A stretch of DNA of 45,355 nucleotides, filler included, from Streblomastix strix (lineage: Eukaryota): assembly GCA_008636045.1 (NCBI GenBank). It is 2 parts of 2 records of this genome, joined end to end, with 100 filler letters (N's around TTAATTAATTAA, not from the genome) between each part and the next. Parts side by side here need not be neighbours in the genome. Positions count along the whole stretch, not along the records: positions 22,738 to 45,355 come from SNRW01000316.1; 1 more part is not named here. One strand, given 5' to 3'. How positions within the stretch are numbered: position 1 is the first letter of the stretch; every line of letters starts with the position of its first letter. The notes under the pieces were generated by a model, which saw nothing but the letters and a program-made list of their open reading frames with translations, was not told the DNA's origin and ran no database searches. A program made the translations under genes and the position numbers. Of this stretch, positions 30,801 to 44,200 are shown one piece after another.

Positions 30801-32864
30801 AGAAAAAGGAAAAGGAAAAGGAAAAAGATTTTCAATTGGTTTTATTGTGGGTATTTCTGTTGGAGGATTGACCATTGTTGCTGTGATTATCATTATAATC
30901 ATTATTGCTTTTGCCATTTCAAAAAAGGTAAATAATTAATTAATTTTAATATGGGAGATTAATTTCTATTATTACAAATATAATCATTTTTAATCCATTC
31001 ATTCATAATTTATTTATTTATTTATTAATTTATTTATTTATTTATTAATTTATTTATTAATTATTTATTTATTCTTATTATATGATCTTCAAAAGAAATC
31101 AAAAATTGATGTATAAACTCATTCATATAAAATTGGAGTGAAAGAAGATACACTTGAAACCAAATTACTACGAGAAAATCATTCTCCTGATGTCATATAC
31201 TAATCATTAGATAATAACTCGATCAATATCACAGAATAGTTACATTAATATAAGAGATATTAAAATACACCAAGTGATTATCCATATATAATTCCATCTT
31301 CTTCATCAGTTTTAAATTGTTCTTCATCTTCATCCGATCCTAATTTCATAACTTCGTGGAAGTTGTCAGATTGTTTGCTAACCTTAATTATAAAATTATT
31401 TTAGAAATTTATTTTATATTTAATTGTTGTTTATTATTTATTAATTTTACAATATTATTTTCTTTCCTTTTTTAATATAATATTCTAGTTGAGAAGATCA
31501 AAAAGATTGGAAAAGGAGCATTTGGAACAGTCTATAAAATGAAAGAAATTAAAAGCTAACGAATTGTTGCTATTAAAAAAGTTGAATATAATTCAGATGA
31601 AGAGAAATAAAGATTTCACAAAGAAGTTTCTGTAATGCGAGAAGTATATCATATTCTATAATAAGCATCATCATCCTCCTCCTCCTCATCATCATCTCAA
31701 AGTTCTGATTCTCAACCTCAATTCATTCATGTTGTCTAGCCACTTGGATACTTTTTTAATGAAGACAAAGATAAAGCATATCTTGTGCTTGAATACTGTG
31801 AAAATGGAGATCTTCGGTAATATATTTAAAACATGAAGAATTCAGGAACTGAAATCTCCGATACTGTGTGAATAAAATTTTAATAATTTTTATATTCAAA
31901 TAAATTATTCATTTTCAAATTGTATTATATTTTAAACAGAAAGCATTTGAACTCATCCAACAGGTAACTTTGGCTTTGAATCAGCTGCATATGAATGGAA
32001 TAATTCACGGAGGTTGTTTAAATCTCTTGAATTATATAAATATAAATATAAAAATTGTTTTTATATAATATACATCATTAGACATCAAGCCAGAAAACAT
32101 TCTCTTAACCAAAGACTTTCAGGTCAAACTCTGTATTCAAAATTAATTTAATTTATTATTTCAATTATTAATAATTTAATAATTTTTTTTATTAGCTGAT
32201 TTTGGTCTGACTCGGAAATTACAAGAAGGCAGAGAATACACAACAAATCATGGAGGCACATCGTATTATTTAATTATTATATTTAATTATTATATTGTTT
32301 AATATTTGATTTATAATTTATTATAGATATTACCTTGCTCCTGAAATTCTTCACGGTTAGTCAGCACATGGGTATGAAAAAGAATTTTTCTCATTATTTA
32401 ATTTATTTTCTTATAATCATAATTTTCTTACATTTATATATGATATCAACTACAAGGAAAAGAATGCAAACAATCGCGGCTGACATCTGGTCATTTGGCA
32501 TAATGTTATTCGAACTCCTTGCATAAAAGCATCCATTCTTCAGTAGTAATGTATGAATTTGTTTTTTTATTTTCATTTTTATATATATATATTTCGATTC
32601 TATTCAGGATGCTGATCTTTCTCCACTTGAAATATATCACCGCATTATTGATGAAGAACCAGCTGAACTTCCTGATCACTATTCTAAGAATTTGAAAAAG
32701 TTGATCAAATAGATGCTAATAAAAGTATAAATATTATTTTTTTTGTGTTTTAATATTTTTATTTTTTAATTAATTTATTGATTGGTTAGGATACTACTCG
32801 TCGTATAACAGCTGATGCTATTCTTGAAGATCATGATGTTGCAATCAGCTAAACAAAAAATTGA
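27805..32864 (+). CDS. Receptor-like Ser/Thr kinase: pectin-lyase-like/Pmp-type beta-helix ectodomain, single TM helix, intact non-RD kinase domain
   Basis: One TGA-free exon 27805-30927 (unites track ORFs 28462, 28711 and 29194 in one frame) with ~10 FxxC...GG(A/G)(I/L) turns and TM FSIGFIVGISVGGLTIVAVIIIIIIAFAIS-KK (30829-30927). Linker exon 31096-31372, then spliced kinase with IGKGAFGTV, VAIKK, HGDIKPEN, ADFG, YLAPE, ADIWSFG and RRITA. Ends TGA TGA TGA. The start codon is uncertain. Confidence 0.88.
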
Positions 32865-33344
32865 TGATGAAAAAATAGAAAGAATATCAAAAGACAAATG
32901 AATAAAAAGAAACCAAAATTTAAAAAGAATATAACATGGTAATGCAATTAAATGTAATGAATGATTAAGATTCTAATGAGTGGAATGCATATAACACGTC
33001 ATTTTTATTTACAGTTTTTATTCAAAAGTAACAAATAAATAAAGAAAAAAATATTAATAAAAATATAAAAAGCAAGATTATATTAATTAAATTTATTTAT
33101 AAAAATTTCTATGACATGATAAATTTGTGAATAAATAATATAAAAAAGTGTGGGATAATTCATTTAGTATAAAATAGATTGAATTATGATATCAAATTAT
33201 AATTATTCTTATTATTAAATTATTATATTTAATTTGTTATTATGCAATTTAATTTAAAAGTAGTACCATAATGTATTTACTTCAGCATTACATATTCATT
33301 CAGAATTTTATCAACATTTTAATATTTATTGAAGTTTTATTTCT

Positions 33345-34022
33345 TCATTTTGCATACAATTTAGTCCATTCTCTTGCTTTCCTATCATATTCAGCCCTGT
33401 TGTATTTGCAGTCATTTCCCTATAAGATTTAATATATATTACTATGTAATATTTGCTACTAAAGAAGCACATACAGTTTCGATTTCTAAAGAATGATCCG
33501 GATCAGGTTATTTTAACTGGTCAAGTATGAAAGTAATAGCATCAGATATTCTGTAGTATGCCCTCCAGTTCTCTTCAGTGAGTTTATCAATACTTAAAAC
33601 TGATCCATCAGGGAGTACTATTTAAATGATATAATGCAAAAATGATTCAAAAGAAATTTGAAAATAATAAATATAAATACCATTGCAATGATAGATCTTG
33701 TGAGTAAAAGAGAAAATTGGAGCTGATGATAAATATAATAAAATAAACAATAAGTGAAATGATGCAAACGTTTAAAGGGAAAATCTTGCTGAATTTTTGC
33801 AATCATATGGAATTTTCCTCCCTCATAAGGTGTCCCTTACTTAAAAGAAAAATATTATGAGTTGTAATAACAAATGAATAAAAAGCAAACTGGTCCATCG
33901 AATGAAATCTCCCACGGTTTCATAATATCGCACTCACAGACTTTAACTTCCACACCTGGGAAAGGTTTTGTCAATAGACTGGCGTAATCTTTCTGAAGAC
34001 GATCAATAGTTGTTTTATTCAT
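33345..34022 (-). CDS. Ubiquitin-conjugating E2 fold protein (UBE2D/E-like) with Ser in place of the catalytic Cys
   Basis: Five exons give MNKTTIDRLQKDY...WEISFDGPQGTPYEGGKF...FPFKPP...KIYHCNVLPDGSVLSIDKLTEENW...PDPDHSL...YDRKAREWTKLYAK*. The frame is intact and full length. Confidence 0.92.
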
Positions 34023-35244
34023 TCTCCATTTGAAGAATAAAATACAATATAGATAATAAAATTAAATTAAATTATATTGTTTCAGTTCCGGGGATGTTAA
34101 ATTATATTAGTAATTAAAGTGGAGCATGGCAAAACAGAGATGTGAGGTATCAAAATTATCAATATATTACAAAATTAAATAGATTTTTTTTTAAATTTGT
34201 TTAAAAATTATGAAGAAAAAAATGTGAGTTTAACTATCTCCACAATTAGTTATTATTCTGTGGAAATGCAGAATATTATGGATTTGAATTATCATAAAAT
34301 GTTTAAAAATAAATCGTATGAAGCGATTATATCTTAACACAAAGATTAAAGTGAAAATTTATCTTGAGTTTTTTAAGAAAATCGTTTTTGGTGAATAGTC
34401 AGGAATAAACTGTTTTGAATTGTAAGTTTCAATTCAATTATTAAGATGTTTTAAAGTAGGCAAAAATTATCTTGTTCATTTTATTGTATATTTGTTGGAA
34501 AAATGCAAAAGTTTAAAAATATGCGAATTTATAATCAGAAGTATGTTAAATATTAACAGTTATATTCAAATGTGCTAGCAATTATTCATATTAATTAAAT
34601 ATAATGTAGTGAATGGAATTTTGAACAATGAAATATTGTGAAACATGTGGTGCAAACTTTTAATTAAAGGTATTTTATTTTAATTGGAGGCAGAAAATTT
34701 AAATGAAAGCTGAATTTTTTAATTGGGGGGTAGCTGCCCTTTTTAAAAATTTTTGAGATCTGTGATGTATCAATTAACTCTGTCAAATTTTTTAAGTTTC
34801 CAAAATTTCTCATTTTCCAAGTCTTAAAATTACATAAACTATGTTTATGAATAATTAATACAATTATATCTTATTAATATTAATATTATCAAAATATAAT
34901 TCTATTGCTATCAACAAACAATCAAGATTTCACAAAAATGCGAATTAAGAGTTCTTTTACAAAATGTAACTAATTTTAAATTACTTAATTTGCATAAACA
35001 CATTATTATCATAATTATAAAATATATTATAGATGACCATTGAATTTGCTAAGGTAATTCTCTTTTCCGAAACATATTCAGAGATAAATTTTATTGTGAT
35101 TTTCGATGAAACGCTGGAGATGTATAGATTTATGTCAATCAAACAAAAGAGTATTAGTAATAAATAAAATAAAATTTAAGATTTTATATGAAATGAATTT
35201 AAAACAAGTATTTACTTTAATAAATTGCGATTTATCCGACTAAC

Positions 35245-38200
35245 ATGGAACAATAATTGACGGAAGTGTTAAAATAGAACAGAATGAAGGTATACAAATT
35301 CATTTGTAAAAGAATTATTTTTAACTATTATCGGCAATTCCTGTTATTCAAAATTTAGGTTTTACGGACTTTAGGTATTCATTTATTTTATTATTATTTG
35401 TAAATTATTATAATTATTTTATTTATATATATTATGATAATATAGGGAAAAGCTCCTCTAGTCAGTATGCCACAATAAAGTAAAATTTTTCAGAAATATT
35501 TTATCTTTATTTTCGCAACGTACACTATTATACAGCGTATTTTAAGTGCAAAATGACGAGAATGGCTTAGTTGCAGCAAAAGTTATAAGTCCAAATAAGT
35601 TTGATATGAATAAATTGCACTCAAAAAACCAAAAGATTCGGTTTGTTTAACTTTCTAAGTTCAATATTCCGCAATTAATCTATTATTTTTTTTTTTTCAG
35701 AGAAATTGTTAATCCATTTATATTGACATATCATTCTATTGAGACATTAGACGACAACGCTGTAATTTTGATGGAATATGCCAACATGAAAGTTTGATTT
35801 TAATAGTTTTTTTGTTATTTTGTATTAATTTTGAATTATTTATATTGTTAAGAATTTGGACATTTTGATTGGTGCAAAGAAGGACATACCAATTCCAATA
35901 ATTCGTGCGTTAATGAGATAAATACGTATGCAATTATATGAATATATAAATTTTCTATTCACTTTTGAATGAATGAATATAGATAAGATTACAATAAGGC
36001 AATACCTAATAAAAAACTTTATTCTTTAAATTTATAAATATTTTTAAATTAAATTTATTAAATTTTAGTCATTTTCATTAAATATTTCTAATTATTCATC
36101 ATCATTTAATTAATTAATTAATTATTTTAATTTTATAACTTTCATATTCTTAGTTGAAGGTCTTCGTTTGATGCATGAAAATGGAATTATTCACGAGTTT
36201 GCATAAAATAGATTTAAAGTATCTTTTATTTTCTTATTTTTTGTTTATATTTATATAAATAGAAACATTAAAGGTCAGAATATCCTTCTGCATAGTCCTC
36301 CAGGATCTGGTCGTGTGGTTTGTTATAATGAGATATAATATAATATCAAATAATTATATTATTTTTCTTTATATTCATATTTTCTTTTTTTTATATATAT
36401 ACATAGATTGTTAAAATTGCTGATTTTGAGTTTGATATTTTTAAAAATAATTAATTTAAATATTATAAATAGTTATTGCAATATTTATTTTATATAATTT
36501 TCATACTTTAAATTTCATCTTTCATTATATTTTTCTTAATAATTTTATTTTTTCATCATTGCAGAATTATTCCTTAGTAACCACCTGAAATGACAATGGA
36601 TAATGAAAAAGAAAATATTAAAGCAGATGGTAAGGTATAATATTAAAGTTAAAAATTATTATTTTAATTATAATAAAGTAATATAATATACTTAATAATT
36701 AAAATAATAATTAATTTAATAACTAATTTAATAATTAATTTAATAATTAATTTTATTTTATTTTCCAGGTTGATGTTTGGAGTGCAGGAATTATATTCCA
36801 TTAGCTTGTCACTCATGAAACTCCATTCTTACCTACAAATTCATAAACAGAGCAGATGTTTGTTTTATATTTATATTATTAATAATTCTTTGAAAATAAT
36901 TGATTATTATTTTATTACAAAAATCAATTAATAATTATTAATATTTCTAAACTCATTTAATAATTATTTTTTCATTTATCTATTTATTATGATAAATTTC
37001 CGATTGAAATTATGTTTAGCGTAACGTTTGACCATCATCCAGCGAAAGATGACATTCTTTGGGACCTGCTAACAAAGATGCTTACATTTAATAGAAAAGA
37101 TCGTATTTCAATATAAGATGCATTAAACCACGAATTTTTCACTGGTGAATAAGCAATGAATGAAGTCTCAGAAGAAGCTAAAAATCTGGCAGTCGCAGCA
37201 CAAATCGCGAAGAAATACAGCAACAAGAGCGTCACATAATATGACACAAATTCACTATTCATTATTCCACTTACTGAAATTTAGACAATTATTGATGTTG
37301 ATCTCGAAGCTGATAAAGCCTAAATTGATTCAACTGAATCGGTTAATCAAATTCTTGCTATTGATACTGAAGCTGGGAATTCTCAAGAATTAGAACAGTC
37401 CATTGAACCTCAGATAACTGCTCCGAGTCCAGTATAACATAGTATAAATCAAAAAGAAGGAGACAATTCATTATCCAAATAGCCCTAATTATAACCTGAA
37501 GTAGAATAAATCACAGATGAATATCCTAAAATACAATAATTAATCATTAAACATAAATCATCATCATCTTAATCTTCATTTTAACCTACTCATTCATCTT
37601 CTGAGCAAATCCAATCAGTTCCACAAATCAAAGAAGAATAGAAAAGTTAAGAACCTTAATTAATAATTGACTATAAACAGATAGTTGCAATATTGAAAAT
37701 CCCCATAAAAGGTAGCAAGGAACAGAAAATTCACTTCCAGAAATAATAAGAAAGCGAATGCGTGAAAATAACTAATAGATTAAAAGATAAAGATGATGAT
37801 GAAGGAAGAAATGATGCAATCACTGCTGGTGTAACTGAAGAACTTTCTAACATCTTTGGCATTCACGAGCTTTCAACAATAACGCAGCCTTTTGTGGAAG
37901 CCTTTCTAAGCGTTACTTTCCCATTTTCCTGGGAGAAAAGAAATCAAATATACATCAAGAAGAGCCCATATCCAGGATTGTTCAGGATCTTAGAGCATAA
38001 AGACATTGAAGTTGTTCGTTTGGCAATCAGATCAATTGGAAGTATGCTGATTTGTGGACTTATTGGAGTTTAGGGCGCTGAACCGAATCTTCATTACGAA
38101 TCAATCGATTCATTCAATGGAATCAAAAAACTCTTCTCCTTATTCAAGAAAACCAAAGACAAACAAACTAAAGATGTATCATCGATTTGCATTGGAATTT

Positions 38201-41200
38201 TGTTTCATGCAAAAGAAATTTTGGACAAAAACATCAGACAAGAAGTTATCTCCCATCTTAAATCCATTGTCAATGATCCTGATAAGTGGACAAAAGAATC
38301 TTCTATTGGTGCTATATCATATCTTGCTCTGAACCAAGGTATTTATATTTAGATTATTAATTAATTTGATATATATTATATTTAATAAATGTATTTTATC
38401 ATAATGCTATATTTATTATTATTTATTTATTTTTCATACTTAAATAGAAAATTACAATGAAATAATGAAAGGACTTAATTTTAAGGCAATCTCAAGTCTT
38501 ATTGGAAAGCATTATGTCAGCAGTGCGGAGCAAAGACAAAAGATACTGTAATAGCAGTATGAAAAGAGCAATCTTCTATGTGGCATGCTTTAAGGCAGAA
38601 AAGACAACGAACTGCGGTAATAACTGATCAATTCAGGACTAGTTGAGTCTCTCTTCTATATATTTCTAACTCGAGACCTTGAATCAATAAGTATTACATT
38701 TCCCAATCTCTTCTTCAATTTACTTGTGCCATCTTCTGATGAGATTGTCCTATAGATTTATTCCAAGAAGCCTTACTTGCATCTCATTCGCCTTACTACA
38801 CATTTTGACAATGAAATAGTTCTCTTAGCGCTATACTCAATCCAGAACATTCTTCTCTCGGGATCAAAAAGTGCGACTTTCCATTCAATGCATCCACACT
38901 TTGAAACAATCTAACTGCACGATGGTGTTGAGATATTATACAAACTCTTCTTAAAAACAGACACAAACAAGAAAATAAAGGACACATCAGCACTTTGCAT
39001 AAGCAGCATTTTCAGAACAGGGATTATTCCTGATTAAGCTTTTAGAAGTGAGATCATTACACATCTGATATCTCTGTTAGAAGACCCTGATGAATGGCTG
39101 CGAATTAAAGCCAGTAATGATCTTGGATTGCTTGCGCAGAATTCTGGTATTTTTTATGGATAGATATTTATATATTTATATTTATTTTAATAATAAATTT
39201 ATATATATTGCACATTATTATTATTATATATATTTTATATTTTTATTTATTTATGTTTATTATATTTATTTATTAGGAAACCGTATTGATATAATGAAAG
39301 ACGTGAATTATAGTTAGATGGCAGAAATATTAAGAAAACCGATCATAGGTACTGATGAACAAAAGAAATAGCTGTAATATAAATAAGAACGAATATGCAA
39401 CATATTATATTGCATACTTCAAGATAAGAGTGATGATGAAATCAGAAATGAGATCATTAAATCTGGAATAGTAGATTCTCTTTTCTTTATCTTTGAGACA
39501 CGTGACCTTTCATCGATCTCATTTCCATTTGTTGACGTAATTCAACAACTTTCTTATTGCAGTAATGAAATTGACCTGTTAATTTATTCAAAGAAGCCAT
39601 ACACACACCTTCTTCGTCTTCTCAACCATTCTGATTTTCAAATTATTCAAGCTTCTATTCTCCTAATATACAATTATCTGCTTCTTAGAACTGATTCGCA
39701 GCCATCTAAATCACATCACTAACATTACAAAGAGATATAAGCTTACAGCGGAGTGGATAAACTTTATACGCTCTTCAAAAGAACCGATCTTAATAAAAAG
39801 ATAATAGACAAAGCAGCAATTTGTCTTGGCGAACTATATAATATATCTGCACTGCCAAAGTCAATGAGAATAGAAATATTAAATTATTTGAAAACGCTTA
39901 TTGAAGATTCTGATAAATAAACAAAAACGATCTCAAGAAATGTACTTGAAAATCTTGCTTAGAACTCCGGTATATATTTATTATAAATAATTTTTTTAAA
40001 TGTTTTATTAACATAATATATATTTTATATTTAATTTTTAATTAATTTTATTTTATTTAATTTTTATAAAGAGTTTATTGAATTTATTTATAATATTTAT
40101 AATATTTAATTTTATTTAATTTTAATATTTAAATAGAGAATTATAAAGAAATAATGAAAAGGATTGATATGAAGGAAATTGCAGAAGAATTGAAAGAACA
40201 ATTTGCAGGAGATGAATAATAAAAGAAAAAGATTTAAAATAAATAAGAAGGATTTTGCATTCTTTTATCAATATTGATTAAAGTCAGCAAAGATGATTAG
40301 CTTCGCAAAAAAATAATAAATTCCGGAATCATTGATTCTCTTCTTTTCATATTTGAAACTCGAGAACTTTCATCAATAACAACTCCATATGCATAAGTAA
40401 TCCAATTATTTACTCGCTATTGCGATAATGAAGAAAGTTAGTTGCTTTAATCCAAGAAACCATATTCTCACCTGATTCGCCTACTCAATCATACTGAAAA
40501 TGAAGTAATTTTCATTACAATTAATTCCATTTTCAATATTCTTCATTCTGCATTAAACTAAACCCCTAATATATCCCTTCATTCTCATTATGATGAAATT
40601 AAAGCATGCAATGGAATAGAAAAACTTTATTCACTCTTCATTAGGAAAGATTTAGATATATAAATAAAGGACAAAGCTGCCATCTGTATCAGCTATATAT
40701 TTAATACAACTGCTATTCCAGAATCTATGAGAACCGAAATCATTAATCATATTATATTCCTCGTTGGATCTCATGATGAATTTATATAAGATCAATCAAA
40801 CGTTTCTATTGGTTAGCTTGCTCGGAATTCAGGTATACTATACATATTATTAAATATTTTATTGTATTTTTTTATATTAGTATATTTATTTAAAATGTTT
40901 TATCATATATTTTTATTTTTTTATCTAATTTAAATTAGAAAACCGATTTGAAATAATAAAAGGAATAAAATTCGGATTAATTGCAGAAGAATTGAGAAAA
41001 TCATATGAAGGAAGTGAATAATAAAAGAAAAAGATTTAAAATAAATAAGAAGGATTTTGCAATCTTTTATCTACTTTAATTAAAGTTAGCAAAGATGATG
41101 AGCTTCGCAAGAAAATAATTAATTCCGGAATCATTGATTCTCTTCTCTTTATATTTGAAACTCGAGATCTTTCATCAATAACAACTCCATGTACTGATTT

Positions 41201-44200
41201 AATCCTGTAAATTACTAATGGCAGCAATGAAGTTAAAATGATGATTTATTCCAAGAAACCTTACCCATTTCTTTTGCATCTCCTTGATCACTCTGAAAAC
41301 GAGATAATATTAAATTCAGTTAATTCAATCTTCAATATTCTTGGATTTGAAGATAAATCATCATAATAATAACAATAATTATAATATTAACACCCTCATT
41401 TTGAAGAAGTTGCCGCTATTAGTGGAATTGAGAAACTTTATTCTATTTTCAAGAGAAAAGATGTTAATAAATAAGTTAAAGATAAAGTTGCAATCTGCAT
41501 TGGAATACTATTTAGTTCAAAAGAATTGCAAGGAGAAATGAGAACTGAAATAATATCTCACTTGAAAACTGTCATCAATAGTTATGATAGTAAAACAAGA
41601 ATTACCACAAGAAATATTCTAGAAAAGCTCGCTCAAAATTCTGGTATATATTAATAATAAATATTTATTTATGAATTGAAATAATTTTTTTTGAAATATT
41701 TTTGTTCTTAAATTATTTGTTATTTTAATTTATTTTATTTTATTTTTTAATTTTATTTATTTTTAATATAAAATTAGGAAATTATTCAGAGTTATTGTAA
41801 AGCATTGATATGAAGGCTATTGCAGAAGAATTGAAAGAACTATATGAAGGAAATGAATAAAAGAAGAAAAAGACTTAAAATAAACAAGAAGGATTTTGCA
41901 TTCTTTTATCTACTTTAATTAAAGTCAGCAAAGATGATTAAATCCGCAAGAAAATAATTAATTCCGGAATCATTGATTCTCTTCTATTTAAATTTGAAAC
42001 TCGCGATCTTTCATCAATTACATTATCATAAGTAGAACTCTTCTTCAATTTAACTACAGGAAATGATGAAGATAATTTACTTCTTTATTCCAAAAATCCA
42101 TATCCTTATCTTTTACATCTTCTTGATCATTCTGAAAACGACATAATATTAATGTCAATTAAAACAATATCTAATATTCTTTTTGCTGGGTAAGATTCTT
42201 CACAATTATCATCCGAACACCCTCATTTCTAAACAATTTAATAGTGCAAAGGAATTGAAAAACTTTTCTCTATCTTCAAAAGAATTAATAACAACCAAAT
42301 TAAAGATAATACTTCAATTAACATTGGATTAATCTTCAGAACAAAATCTCTTCCAGACCCAATACAGAATGAAATAATATCTCATCTTATAAAGATAATA
42401 GGCGATTAAGATAAATAGATTAGTACTGAATCAATAATTGTACTTTCCGATCTTGCTTGTGATTCTGGTATACATAATAATATATATTATTAATTTTAGA
42501 TATTTTTTCAAATTTGTTATAATAAATTTATTTATTTTAAAATTTTTGCCATTTATTTATATTTTTATTTGTGATTATTATTTATTGTTTACTTATATTA
42601 ATTAATTCAATTAGAAAATTTTGCAACAATAATGAAAATAATTGATTTCAAATCAATTGCTGAAATGTTGAAAAATCCTCTTGTTGGAATTGATCAGTAA
42701 AGTTAATAATTGTAAATTTAATAAGAAGAATAATGCAATCTCTTATCAGCATTGATAAAATGCAAAAAGGATAATTAACTTCGTAAGAAAATAATTAACT
42801 CGGGAATAGTTGATTCACTTTTCTTCATATTTGAAAATCGCGATCTATCATAAATTACATTGCCATATATTGATTTAATCCTATAAATTACTATTGCTGA
42901 TGATGAAGGAAAATCGCTTCTTTATTCCAAGAAACCTTACCCATTTCTTTTGCATCTCCTTGATCATTCCGACACTTAAATTTTAATACATGCAATTAAC
43001 TCAATATTCAATATTCTTGGAATAGAAATTAATTAATAAACTTCTTCTTCATATTTGCACCCTCATTATGAAGAAATTTCAGATTGTGATGGAATTGAAA
43101 ACCTTTTGTCACTCTTTAAAAGAAAAGATATTAATAAAAAGATAAGAGACAAAGCTGTAATCTGCATTGGCGAACTGTATAATATATCTGCACTTCCAAA
43201 ATCGATGAGAACAGAAATTTTAAACTATTTGAAAACGCTTATTGAAGATTCTGATAAATAAACAAAAACGATATCCAGAAACGTACTTGAAAATCTTGCT
43301 CAAGACTCTGGTATATATTTATTATAAATAATTTTTTTAAATGTTTATTTAATTTTTATAAAGAATTTATTGAATTTATTGAATTTATTTAATTTATTTA
43401 ATTTTATTTAATTTTAATATTTAAATAGAGAATTATAAAGAAATAATGAAAAGCTTTAATATGAAGGAAATTGCAGAAGAATTGAGATAACCATATGAAG
43501 GAGATGAATAGTTAAAGAAAAAGATTTAAAATAAATAAGAAGGATTTTGCATTCTTTTATCAATATTGATTAAAGTCAGCAAAGATGATTAGCTTCGCAA
43601 GAAAATAATAAATTCTGGAATTGTTGATTCTCTTCTCTTTATATTTGAAACTCGAGACCTTTCATCAATTACATTATCATATATTGATTTATTCTTCAAC
43701 TTGACTACAGGAAATGATGAAGATAATTTACTTCTTTATTCCAAAAATCCTTATCCCTATCTTTTACATCTTCTTGATCATTCTGAAAACGACATAATAT
43801 TAAGTTCAGTTAATTCAATCTTCAATACTATTTTATAATCAGTTGATTCTGAACAATCTTCACCTTCATAACATCCTCATTTCTAAATCATATAATAGAA
43901 TAATGGTATTTAGAAACTTTACTCATTGCTGGGAAAAACAGATATTACAAGTGAAATTAAAGATAAAATATGTATTTGTATTGGATAACTATTCTAATTC
44001 AGTGCTATTTCAGATTCAATAAGAGAAGAGGTAATATCTCATCTTAATACTCTCATTATAGACATCAATGAATCAATTAGTAATGAATCTGTGAAAATAC
44101 TGTCGGATCTCGCTTAGAATGCAGGTATTATTCAAAAAATGATTATTAATATTCATTTTTTACTTTCTTATATTTTTTTATTTTTTATCAATATTTAATT

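Noticed and set aside
29585..41227. Minus-strand track ORFs 29585, 30254, 30690, 37035, 38796 and 41036
   Set aside because: Antisense to well-supported plus-strand exons.
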